A stretch of 64,000 nucleotides of DNA from positions 160,508-224,507 of the forward strand of contig CAKSHC010000002.1 of the NCBI GenBank assembly GCA_934456365.1, given 5' to 3'. A program made the translations under genes and the position numbers. Below the pieces are notes generated by a model. That model searched no databases and was not told the DNA's origin. It saw nothing but the letters and a program-made list of their open reading frames with translations. Of the stretch, positions 8,807 through 17,578 are shown one piece after another; position 1 is the stretch's first letter; each line of letters begins with the position of its first letter. The DNA comes from an uncultured Eubacteriales bacterium. Its GTDB lineage: Bacteria > Bacillota > Clostridia > Oscillospirales > UMGS1783.

Positions 8807-10375
8807 TTACGAGTGGGTCACGCCCACGATCAATTCATCCACATCCTGCCCGCCCCAGATCACACCGGTATCGGTGAGCGGGAAGGCTTCACGCAGCGTA
8901 TCCTCCAGGGCATAGCAATCGTCGGCGTTCAGGGACTGGCCGTAGAACAGGACGGCCATTTCGCGATCCTTTTCGGGGATTTGAGAAAGAGCCCGGCAGA
9001 GGACCTCGCCGCGGTCTTCTCCGGCTGCGATCAGGCGGCGGTCCAGCAGGGCCACGCAGTCGCCCTCGCGGCAGGAAACGCCGCCGATCTCGGCTTGGCG
9101 CACGGCGCGGCACAGGCGCAGGGTGGCGACGCTTTCCATGCCGCGCTGCATGGCGGCAAACTGGATGGCGGGATCGGTTTCCTGCGGGACGATCATGGAG
9201 AGGGCGAAGTAGCCCTCGACGAGCGAGCGGGTGGGCAGGATCCGCACGGTTTTCTTTTCGAAGAGCTCGGTGGCCTGCCGGGCGGCGGGGAGAAGGTCGG
9301 GATCGTTGGGGAGGACGATGATGGAATCGGCGTTGAGCGAGCGGTAGGCCTGGAGGAACTCCTCGGTGGAGGTGTTCATGGTTTGGCCGGCGTTGATCAC
9401 GAGGTCGCAGCCGAGGGATTCGAAGGTTTCGAGAAACCCGTCGCCCTGGGCGGCGGCGACGAAGGCGATGGCCTTATGCTCGCGCGCCGGCTCGGCGGGG
9501 GAGGCGGCGGCTTCGTCCATATTTTCGATTTTGGCGTGGACGAAGGTGCCGTATTTTTCGGCCTTTTGGAAGACCTCGAGCGGTTTTTTGGTGTGGACGT
9601 GGACCTTCACCAGGTCCCCTTCGCGGATGGCGACGATGGAGCGGCCGAGCGTTTTCAGATAGTCGATAAAGGAATCGATGTCGAAGCTCAGGTCGCGCTC
9701 GGGCAGGCGCAGGAGAAATTCGGTGCAGAAGCCGTAGGGCTCCTCCTTCTGCGGGTAGTTGACGGCCGAGCGCACGCTTAAGAGCCCTTCCACGCTGCCT
9801 TTGGAGAAGAGGGTGACCAGGCCCTGGCCGCCGCTGTCGACCACGCCGGCCTCCTTGAGGACGGGAAGCATTTCGGGGGTGCGGGAAAGGGTTTTGGCGC
9901 AGGCGTCGCGATAGATCGCCCAGAGCTCTTCGGCGGGAAGGCCCTCGCGAACGGCGGCCTGCGCCGCCCGGGCGCCTTCGCGCGAAACGGTGAGGATGGT
10001 GCCCTCGGTGGGGTTGACCACGGCGGCGGCCGCCTTTTCGGCGCCCCGGCGCAGGGCCTGGGCCAAGAGGGCGGCGTCGGCGCTTTCGTGGCCTTCAAAT
10101 GCCTGCGCGATACCCTTAAAGAGCTGCGACAAAATGACGCCCGAATTGCCGCGCGCGCCGAGCAGCATGCCCAGCGAGAGCTCGGCGGCGTATTGGCCGA
10201 GGTTTTCGTTGGAGCGGGCGCGGTTGAGCCCGTTTTCCACCGTCAGGCGCATATTGGTGCCGGTGTCGCCGTCGGACACCGGGAAAACGTTCATGGCGTT
10301 GATGGCCGTTTCCTGATTTTTCAGATTTTGCCAGCCGACCCGCACGAGGGTCTCAAAGAATGTTCCGGTCAACAT
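8807..10375 (-). CDS. fakA: DAK2-domain fusion protein YloV (fatty acid kinase ATP-binding subunit FakA family)
   Basis: The DGDTGTNM Dak2/DhaL motif near the N-terminus and the 522-aa length match YloV/FakA. Confidence 0.75.
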   Translation of the reverse strand: MLTGTFFETLVRVGWQNLKNQETAINAMNVFPVSDGDTGTNMRLTVENGLNRARSNENLGQYAAELSLGMLLGARGNSGVILSQLFKGIAQAFEGHESADAALLAQALRRGAEKAAAAVVNPTEGTILTVSREGARAAQAAVREGLPAEELWAIYRDACAKTLSRTPEMLPVLKEAGVVDSGGQGLVTLFSKGSVEGLLSVRSAVNYPQKEEPYGFCTEFLLRLPERDLSFDIDSFIDYLKTLGRSIVAIREGDLVKVHVHTKKPLEVFQKAEKYGTFVHAKIENMDEAAASPAEPAREHKAIAFVAAAQGDGFLETFESLGCDLVINAGQTMNTSTEEFLQAYRSLNADSIIVLPNDPDLLPAARQATELFEKKTVRILPTRSLVEGYFALSMIVPQETDPAIQFAAMQRGMESVATLRLCRAVRQAEIGGVSCREGDCVALLDRRLIAAGEDRGEVLCRALSQIPEKDREMAVLFYGQSLNADDCYALEDTLREAFPLTDTGVIWGGQDVDELIVGVTHS

Positions 10376-10384
10376 GTAGTCTCC

Positions 10385-11716
10385 TTACTTCCGGTCTTTG
10401 CCGATGGCGTCGATCGACGCGGGCAAAAAGAGCGACAGGATCGCCGAAGCCACCGCAGCGGCGATCACGAGATAGGGCATGGCGAAGCTCAGGCCGGCGT
10501 TTTTCAGATTGATCCAGACCGGCCCGACGGCCACGGCGGTGGCCAGGCCGGAGAAGAGGCCCTGGACGGCGAAATACATGGCCGGGTGCGACACGCCCTT
10601 ATCCACGGCGTCGCGGTGGGCGAGCGCCGAGGGGATCACATAGCCGACCGAGAAGAAGCTGCCCACGCCGAAGGAGGCGCACAAAGCGCCCAGGCAGGCA
10701 ATCGGCAGGCGCAGCGCCTGCGGCAGCGTTGCCGCCAGCGACATGGCGCACATGGCCACGATGAAGGTGCCGATCGAATAAAGATAGCCGACGCGGAAGC
10801 CGAATTTATGCACGATCTTGTTATAAAGCAAAAGGGTGAAGGGCACGGGGGCAAACACGCAGGCGGTGAGCACCGTGATCTGCCAGCCGACGAAAAGAAG
10901 GGTGCCGGAATAGTAGACGTTCTGGGCGGTGAGGAAAAGCTGAAGACAAAACTGCAGCGCGCAGTAGACGCCCATCCAGAGCCAGAAATGGCCGTTTTTG
11001 AAGGTGTATTTCAAGGATTCGATCATCCCGACCTGCTTTTCCACCGCAAGCTCCGGCTGATCCTTTTTGAGCGAGGAGGGCTCCTTGATGAGGAAGAGGG
11101 GGATGAGCATGGTGAGCACGAAGGGCAGGCAGATCAGGGCGATGGTGCGGATGTTGAGGTTGCCGACCAGCAGGGGGATCAGGGCATAGCCGACCACGAA
11201 ATAGATGATGTCGAAGGTGGATTTATAATTGGAAAGGCGCAGACGATCCTGCTCGTTGTCCACGATCTCGGAGAAGGTGGCATAATAGGTGACCATCACC
11301 AAGGTGTAGGCGCTGTAGAAGAGGCAGAGCAGGAAGCCGAACCAGACGGTGTTGAGCAGGCTCTCGCCGTTGGTGAGGGGCAGGAGGAAGAGGAGGTAGG
11401 CCGCGATCATGGGGATCATACCCGCCACGATCGAGGGGCGGCGGCGGCCGAAACGTGAGCGCAGGTTGTCGGTCAGGCTGGCGAGGGGGATGTCGATCAG
11501 CCCGTCGACGATCTTGGCTACCAGCACCAGCACGCTCCAGATCCCGGCGACGACCAGCGTTTTATTGAGGTAGGTCCAGTTTTCGATGTTTTTGGAAAAG
11601 CCCTGGGTCATGAGCGCGTCGCAAAGGTAGGAGGTGACGATCAGGTTGAGAAGATTGACCCCGCAGCCGCTGGCGGCATAGAGAAAGAGGGTGGATTTTT
11701 TCTGAATGGTTTTCAT
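10385..11716 (-). CDS. MFS transporter, GPH/MFS_2-like (D-x-x-G-R-R-R-P loop motif)
   Basis: 443 aa with about 12 TM segments. The LASLTDNLRSRFGRRRP motif between TM2 and TM3 is typical of the MelB/MFSD2A-type subfamily. Confidence 0.7.
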   Translation of the reverse strand: MKTIQKKSTLFLYAASGCGVNLLNLIVTSYLCDALMTQGFSKNIENWTYLNKTLVVAGIWSVLVLVAKIVDGLIDIPLASLTDNLRSRFGRRRPSIVAGMIPMIAAYLLFLLPLTNGESLLNTVWFGFLLCLFYSAYTLVMVTYYATFSEIVDNEQDRLRLSNYKSTFDIIYFVVGYALIPLLVGNLNIRTIALICLPFVLTMLIPLFLIKEPSSLKKDQPELAVEKQVGMIESLKYTFKNGHFWLWMGVYCALQFCLQLFLTAQNVYYSGTLLFVGWQITVLTACVFAPVPFTLLLYNKIVHKFGFRVGYLYSIGTFIVAMCAMSLAATLPQALRLPIACLGALCASFGVGSFFSVGYVIPSALAHRDAVDKGVSHPAMYFAVQGLFSGLATAVAVGPVWINLKNAGLSFAMPYLVIAAAVASAILSLFLPASIDAIGKDRK

Positions 11717-11720
11717 CGGT

Positions 11721-12674
11721 TCATGCCTTTCCCAGAATATGATCGATCAAAGCCTTTTCTTCGGCGAGATCCTCGGAGATGGGCTTGCCGAAATAATAGG
11801 CCGACATCAGCCCCGGGCCGACGTTGACTCCGTTGGCGGGGTAGACCTCGGTGAGCAGGATCTCTTTGGGAGCGAAGGTTTCGCGCACAAGCTCGACCAA
11901 AAGCTCGGCCTGCCTTTTCCGATCGGAATAGGCGATCACCACGATCTGCTCGGAGGGGTTTTCAATGGTTTTTTCCATATAGCGCAGGATGGCGTCGAGC
12001 CCGGCGCGCTCGCCCTTGGCCTTGCCCAAAACGGTGGTTTTGCCGCTCCGGTCGATCTCACCGAGAGGCTTGATGCCCACCAGTGTGCCAAAGAAGGCGG
12101 CACTGCCCGAAACGCGCCCTTTGCGGGCCACAAAGGTCAGATCGTCGAGCCAGCCCATCTGGTGGAAGCGGTCGCGGTTGGCGAGGAGCCAGGCGGCCGT
12201 TTCGTCAAGGCTTTCGCCGGCGGCGCGGTGGAGAGAGGCATGAATGGCCATCAGGCCGAAAAGGGAGGTGTAGCGTTTGGTATCCACGCAGATCACCCGC
12301 CGTCCGGGGCAGGCGGCCATGGCTTCCTCGGCGCCCCGGCAGGCGAAATCGTAGGTGCCGGAAAGGCCGGAGGAGATGGTGAGGCAGAGCACATCTTCGC
12401 CCTTTTTCAGATGCTCCTGAAAGGCGAGGGAGAATTCGGTGATGTTGGCCGGAGAGGTGGTATAGACGGCGTCTTTACGGCGCAGGGAGGCGTAGAAATC
12501 CTTCTGCGGCATGAAATCCCATTCGCAGCGGGAAGGGCGCTCGGTTTTATCGGGCAGGGTGATGTGTCCCGGGATCACCTCGATCCCGAATCTTTTCTGC
12601 AGCTCGGGGGAGAGGTCGCAGGTAACGTCGGCCAGGATGGTAAAAGACATGGCAAAGCTCCTTTCAGCAATCAC
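11721..12674 (-). CDS. DegV family fatty-acid-binding protein (FakB-like)
   Basis: 317 aa. The N-terminus ILADVTCDLSPELQKRFGIEVIPGHITL and the length fit DegV/EDD-domain proteins. Confidence 0.85.
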   Translation of the reverse strand: MIAERSFAMSFTILADVTCDLSPELQKRFGIEVIPGHITLPDKTERPSRCEWDFMPQKDFYASLRRKDAVYTTSPANITEFSLAFQEHLKKGEDVLCLTISSGLSGTYDFACRGAEEAMAACPGRRVICVDTKRYTSLFGLMAIHASLHRAAGESLDETAAWLLANRDRFHQMGWLDDLTFVARKGRVSGSAAFFGTLVGIKPLGEIDRSGKTTVLGKAKGERAGLDAILRYMEKTIENPSEQIVVIAYSDRKRQAELLVELVRETFAPKEILLTEVYPANGVNVGPGLMSAYYFGKPISEDLAEEKALIDHILGKA

Positions 12675-13587
12675 AGCTTGTCAAAAATTCGGAGAGGGCC
12701 TTTTCCAGCGGCGCACCGCCGGACAGAAAGCCCACGGCATGACCCGAGGCGGGCGAAAGGAAGAGCTCCTTACGCGCGGCGCAGGCCCTGTAGTTTTGCA
12801 GGGTATCGTCCGGGGAAACGACCCGGTCGGTTTCGGTGTGGAGAAAAAAGGTCGGAGTCCGGCAGCGAGAGAAGGCCTGCACCGTATCGCCGCCGGCGAG
12901 GGATGCGTGGGCAAAGAGGCGGGCAAAGAAATCGATCCCGCGGGCGATCAGAGGGGCAAAGGGGCCGAAGACCGGGCGGGCCAGACGGGTGATCTGCCGC
13001 AAGGGGGAGCGAAAGCCGCAGTCCACCATCAGAGCGTGCACGAAATCCGGCATTCGATCGGACAGGCGGGCAACGGTGTGGCCGCCCATGGAAAGGCCGC
13101 AGACCAGACAGGGCTCACCGCGGCGGCGGGCGGAGAGCTCGGTCAGCCAGCGGGCGAGGTCCTTTTCCTCGAGGGCTCCCAGGGTGATGCGGCGGCCGCC
13201 GCTTTCGCCGTGGCCGCGCTGCTCGATCATCAGGAGGTTGTAGCCGCGGCGGCGCAGGAAAAGCCCGAGTGAAGAAAAGTTGCTCAGATAAAAGGCCCGA
13301 TAGCCATGGACAAAAAGCGCTGTGCGGGAAAAGCCGCCGTCGTAGAAATGGCCGACGAGGCGGGCGCCGTCCTGTGCCCGGATTTCCCATTTTTGGGAGG
13401 GGAGGGCGCGGAGCTGAGCCATATCCTCCTTGAGGCGGGCGGCATAAGGGGCGTAGTGGGTGCGCGAAAGATCCAGCTCGTCGAGCGGGGGATCGGTGCC
13501 GCGGCGGGTGATCCGCTCAAAGAGAAAGAGGCAGATGGCAAAATAGATCAGAAGATTTCCCAGCAGGATCAGGAGAGCGATGGCCAT
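12664..13587 (-). CDS. membrane-anchored alpha/beta hydrolase (possible thioesterase/lipase)
   Basis: N-terminal TM helix, HGYRAFY...GHGESGG and GLSMGGHT serine-hydrolase motifs. Confidence 0.7.
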   Translation of the reverse strand: MAIALLILLGNLLIYFAICLFLFERITRRGTDPPLDELDLSRTHYAPYAARLKEDMAQLRALPSQKWEIRAQDGARLVGHFYDGGFSRTALFVHGYRAFYLSNFSSLGLFLRRRGYNLLMIEQRGHGESGGRRITLGALEEKDLARWLTELSARRRGEPCLVCGLSMGGHTVARLSDRMPDFVHALMVDCGFRSPLRQITRLARPVFGPFAPLIARGIDFFARLFAHASLAGGDTVQAFSRCRTPTFFLHTETDRVVSPDDTLQNYRACAARKELFLSPASGHAVGFLSGGAPLEKALSEFLTSCDC

Positions 13588-14576
13588 GTTGCCTCCTCTC
13601 CCCGCAGCCCGTCTTCGGTTTGCCGGACAAAAAAGCAGCGCAGTGAGGCCAGCTCATTTCCGGCGACCGAAAGGAAGACATCCGGCAGAGGCTGAAAGCT
13701 TTTGACCGGGGCATTTTCGGTTTCGATGGTTTTCGGTTCAAAACGCCCGGAGCCGAAGGCTTTGAAAAGGGCTTCCTTTTGGGTCCAGACCATCAGGAGC
13801 TTTTCCGGGCAAATGGCTTTCGCTTCCCGCTCGGTGAGAAAATGCCGGGCGGCGCCGTCTGGCGGGATGGCGCGGGCTTTGGCCTCCAGATCCACTCCCA
13901 CCGGTTTGCGGGAGAGGGCGACGGCGGCAAAGGAGCCGCTGTGGGACAGCGACAGGAAGCAGCGCTCGGAGAGGGGCTTGCCGTCGGCATTTTTATGGAC
14001 GGCGGCCCTTTCGGGGGTGAGCCCCAGCGAGCGGAAGAGGGCATACCCGAGCAAAAGACGGGCGAAGGCTCTTCTGCGCTTTTCCTCGCCCTCCGGCATG
14101 GCCGCCACCTCGGGATCTTTGATCGCGGGCAAAGGCGCGTCCGAGGCGATGGGAAGCAGGTAGACATCAAGCAGGGGACGCTCGCGCAGCGACCGGCGCA
14201 GCGCCTCGGCCTGGGTGCAGACCGGCTTTCCCGTCAGGCAGGAGGTGGCGAAATGCTCGCAGTTGTTGGTGAGGATATGGTAGCCGCGTTCGCCGAGGCG
14301 CGAAAGCGCGCACTGGGCGACCTTTTCGCGCGGGCGGGCCTGCAAACGCTCGAGGGGCGAGAGGGAGCAGACCTCCAAAAAGCCGCCGGCCAGGAAATCG
14401 GACAGGTCGGTGGCGAGCACCTCGATCTGCTCGGCGGGGGTGGGGTCGTGGTGGATGGGGTTGCGGCCGAACTGGACCACGCAGTCATCCGAGAGGTAGA
14501 CCCCGTAGTGGTAGAGCCCGTGGAAGCCGACCCGGATCAGGTCGCCGCGGCGGGCGGAGGTCAGGATCCATTTCAT
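13569..14576 (-). CDS. fusion protein: N-terminal LRAT/NlpC-P60-type papain-like acyltransferase domain joined to a C-terminal Sfp-type 4'-phosphopantetheinyl transferase
   Basis: The N-terminal roughly 130 aa carry HYGVY and NNCEHFATSC, the LRAT His/Cys catalytic motifs. The C-terminal half carries GKPL, LSLSHSG, GVDLE and WTQKEALFKAFG, which are the Sfp/EntD PPTase motifs. Confidence 0.65.
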   Translation of the reverse strand: MKWILTSARRGDLIRVGFHGLYHYGVYLSDDCVVQFGRNPIHHDPTPAEQIEVLATDLSDFLAGGFLEVCSLSPLERLQARPREKVAQCALSRLGERGYHILTNNCEHFATSCLTGKPVCTQAEALRRSLRERPLLDVYLLPIASDAPLPAIKDPEVAAMPEGEEKRRRAFARLLLGYALFRSLGLTPERAAVHKNADGKPLSERCFLSLSHSGSFAAVALSRKPVGVDLEAKARAIPPDGAARHFLTEREAKAICPEKLLMVWTQKEALFKAFGSGRFEPKTIETENAPVKSFQPLPDVFLSVAGNELASLRCFFVRQTEDGLRGEEATWPSLS

Positions 14577-14827
14577 TGGGCCGTTTTCGCCTCGATGAAA
14601 TCCACCACCTGAGAAACGGTTGTGAAATCGCCCATGCTCACCCCATCGAAGCGGATGTCAAAGGCCTCCTCGATGGCGATGACGATATAGAGGATCCCGA
14701 CCGATGAGAGACCGAGGTCGGTATGCAGATTGCTCTGCTCGGTCAGGCCGGCCAGTTTCTCTTCCGGCACGCTTCCCATCTGGCGGAGGATATCCGTCAG
14801 CTTTTCAAGAATGATCGCTCTGCGCAT
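14573..14827 (-). CDS. acyl carrier protein (stand-alone)
   Basis: 84 aa. The DLGLSSVGI motif is a phosphopantetheine-attachment site. Its start overlaps the PPTase-fusion gene by ATGA. Confidence 0.75.
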   Translation of the reverse strand: MRRAIILEKLTDILRQMGSVPEEKLAGLTEQSNLHTDLGLSSVGILYIVIAIEEAFDIRFDGVSMGDFTTVSQVVDFIEAKTAQ

Positions 14828-16319
14828 TTTTCTCCCTCAGAATCTTCATGCTGGGCGAACGCTCGAAATCGGCGTCGCGCACGATGATTTTGCTGACCCG
14901 TTCAAAGCCCGGCAGCCCGGCGTTGATTTTTTCCACTTCGGCGCGGATATGCGCTTCGGGATCGGCGATGCCCTGCGCCTTCAGGACGACCTGGCGCGGC
15001 ACCACCTGCAGGGAAAGGACCCCGTGGGAATCGACATAGACCAGGGAATCCTGGACGGCCTCGATGGTGTTGAAAAGCGTTTCCAGCTCGGCCGGAGAAA
15101 CCTTCTCGCCCGAGGGGAGCACCAGAACCTCCTTGATGCGGCCGGTGATGTAGAGGAAGCCTTCTTCGTCGAAGCGGACGAGGTCGCCGGTGCGCAGCCA
15201 GCCGTCGCAGAAGGCCTGCTTGTTGGCTTCGGGATCGAGGTAACCGTCCATGATGTTTTCGCCGCGCAGCCAGAGCTCGCCGTCGACGATCTTAAGCTCC
15301 TGTCCGGGATAGGGGAGGCCGACGGACGAGGGCTTTTTCAGGCTTTCGGGGTTGCCCGAAACGAGGTTGGCGCTTTCGGTGAGGCCGTAGCCGGCCAGCA
15401 GGGCGATGCCGAGCTTATCGTATTCCCGGATGAGGTAGGGCGGGACGACGGCGGCGCCGCAGACGATGGTTTTCAGATCGTCGCCGAGCATATTGCGGCC
15501 GAACTGCTTGGAGAGGTTGAGCGCCATTTCGGCTAGCGCCGGCACCATGACCATCACGGTGGGGCGGAAGGCGGCGATGTCGCGGAACATATCCTTGTTG
15601 TTGCGGGTGATGAAGATGGAGGAGCCGGTATAGAGCGAGGAGAGCAGGTTGCGGATCAGGCCGAAGACGTGGGTCAGCGGCAGGACCAGCAGGTAGCGCT
15701 GGCCGAAGATATCATGGATGCCGTAGCAGCCGTTGCGCACGCCGGCCATCAGCGCCCGGTGCGACAGCAGCGCGGCCTTGCTCTTTCCGGTGGTGCCGCC
15801 GGTGAAGAGCACGGTGGCGGGATCCTCGGGGGAAAGCTTGGCCATCGGCGCGCCCTGCTCGGGCAGGGAGGCGGCGGTGAATACGGGAACGCCGGTTTTT
15901 TCGGCGGCGAGAGCGGTGTTGGGCAGCATCGGCTCGCAGGAGAGGAGCGCCTTGAGGGAAAAGCCCGCGGTGCAGCCCAAAACGGCCTCGGCCGGGAGGT
16001 GGGGCGGCAGAAGCACAGCCACGCAGCCCGCGGTGGCGGCGCCGAGGAAGAAGACGGCGAAATCGGCGCAGTTGGGAAGATAGAGGCCGACCCGATCGCC
16101 CTTTTTCACGCCTTTTTCGGCCAGCGCCCGGCGCACCCGGGCTGCGCGCTCCTCCAGAGCGGAGAAGGAAAGGGTTTCTCCGTCGACCACGGCGGGCGAA
16201 TCGCCGTACTGGGAAAGGCAGCTTTCCCACATCTCGGCAAGGGTGGGATAGCTTCGGATGCGGGCGAAGGTTTCGGGGGTGGTGTAGGCGGCAAAGCACT
16301 CGAGCTTGGGATCGGTCAT
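14805..16319 (-). CDS. AMP-dependent synthetase/ligase (fatty acyl-AMP ligase or acyl-carrier-protein synthetase-like)
   Basis: ANL motifs FTGGTTGKSKAALLSH (A3) and GYGLTESAN (A5). 504 aa. Confidence 0.8.
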   Translation of the reverse strand: MTDPKLECFAAYTTPETFARIRSYPTLAEMWESCLSQYGDSPAVVDGETLSFSALEERAARVRRALAEKGVKKGDRVGLYLPNCADFAVFFLGAATAGCVAVLLPPHLPAEAVLGCTAGFSLKALLSCEPMLPNTALAAEKTGVPVFTAASLPEQGAPMAKLSPEDPATVLFTGGTTGKSKAALLSHRALMAGVRNGCYGIHDIFGQRYLLVLPLTHVFGLIRNLLSSLYTGSSIFITRNNKDMFRDIAAFRPTVMVMVPALAEMALNLSKQFGRNMLGDDLKTIVCGAAVVPPYLIREYDKLGIALLAGYGLTESANLVSGNPESLKKPSSVGLPYPGQELKIVDGELWLRGENIMDGYLDPEANKQAFCDGWLRTGDLVRFDEEGFLYITGRIKEVLVLPSGEKVSPAELETLFNTIEAVQDSLVYVDSHGVLSLQVVPRQVVLKAQGIADPEAHIRAEVEKINAGLPGFERVSKIIVRDADFERSPSMKILREKNAQSDHS

Positions 16320-16321
16320 AA

Positions 16322-17578
16322 TCAGTCCTCCTTTTCGGTCAGTGATTTTAATTTCAGCTCGGTTTCATGGAGCTCGTTTGCGATTCGTTCGATCTCCTGC
16401 ATGGGGGGAAGGCCCTTGCAGGCGGGCAGGGCAACCGGCGCGCCGAAGGCCAGCTTCTGACGGTGCAGGATGTTTTTGCGCGGGGCGATATAGACCGGGA
16501 CGATGGGCACGCCGGCGCGCAGGGCCATGAGGATCATGCCGGTTTTGAAGGCGCCGACGGGGTCGCCGGTGCGGTTGAGGCCGCCCTCGGGGAAGATCTG
16601 GATGGCGCAGCCCGCCTTGAGCTCCTCTTCGACCAGCCGGAAGGAGGAGAGGCGGAAGTCGGCCTTATCCACGGGGATGCAGTGGAGCTGGCGGAAGAGC
16701 CAGGTGAGAAAATCGTTGGCGTAGAGCGCGCGGGTGGCCAGCGAATGCAGCCGGCGGAACCATACGGCCATCAGCATGATGACGGGGTCCAGGAAGGAGC
16801 GGTGGTTGGCCATATACAGAACGCCGCCCCGGGGGTGCTTTTTCGCTTCGTCGTTGAGATAGAAGCGCTTGGGGCGAAGAAAGAGCCAAAGCGGGAGGGC
16901 GCCAGTGACGCGCACGAATTCGTAGAAGACGTGGTTTTTCGGCGGCTCGAGGCGCTTTTCCTCCAAAAGGCGGCCCAGGGTGGCCACCCGGGCGCGCAGC
17001 AGCTCGGTCACGGCGGCGAGGTTTTCCTTTTCGGAGAGGGAATCGTCCCAATGCTCGGACACGAGAAAGGGCTTGCCGATGATGACCCGCGCGCGGCGCG
17101 GGGAGAAGTAGGAGCCGTTGGTGTAGACGGGGATAATGGGCTTGCCCGAAAGATGGGCCAGGTAGACGGCGCTGGTTTTGAAGGGCAGGAGGGGCGTTTC
17201 ATCCTTTCGCGGCAGGCGCGATTCAGGGAAAATGCCGACCACGCCGCCCTTTTCGAGGATGGCGAGGCATTCGCTGAGGAAGGAGAAGTTTTTCGAGCTG
17301 CGGTCCACGAAGATTCCGCCCATGGCCCGCAGAAAGGGGCCGAGCAGCTTTTTGCGAAAGAGCACCTCGGCCATGAGGGTGCGCAGGGTGCGGCCGAAAA
17401 AGACAAAGAGCAAAACGGCGTAGTCGAAAACCGAGGTATGGTTGCAGACCACGATCGCTCCGCCCCGGATGCGCCGGCTCTGGGCGGCTTTCTCTTCGTA
17501 GTAGACCTTGGTGCGGAAGCAGAACCACTGGATGGGCCAGGCCGTGATCTTCACGAAGGCGTTGAAAAAGCGGATCAT
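16322..17578 (-). CDS. tandem lysophospholipid-acyltransferase (PlsC/LPLAT) didomain protein
   Basis: Two HX4D acyltransferase motifs in one 418-aa polypeptide: VCNHTSVFD in the N-terminal half and MANHRSFLD in the C-terminal half. Confidence 0.75.
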   Translation of the reverse strand: MIRFFNAFVKITAWPIQWFCFRTKVYYEEKAAQSRRIRGGAIVVCNHTSVFDYAVLLFVFFGRTLRTLMAEVLFRKKLLGPFLRAMGGIFVDRSSKNFSFLSECLAILEKGGVVGIFPESRLPRKDETPLLPFKTSAVYLAHLSGKPIIPVYTNGSYFSPRRARVIIGKPFLVSEHWDDSLSEKENLAAVTELLRARVATLGRLLEEKRLEPPKNHVFYEFVRVTGALPLWLFLRPKRFYLNDEAKKHPRGGVLYMANHRSFLDPVIMLMAVWFRRLHSLATRALYANDFLTWLFRQLHCIPVDKADFRLSSFRLVEEELKAGCAIQIFPEGGLNRTGDPVGAFKTGMILMALRAGVPIVPVYIAPRKNILHRQKLAFGAPVALPACKGLPPMQEIERIANELHETELKLKSLTEKED

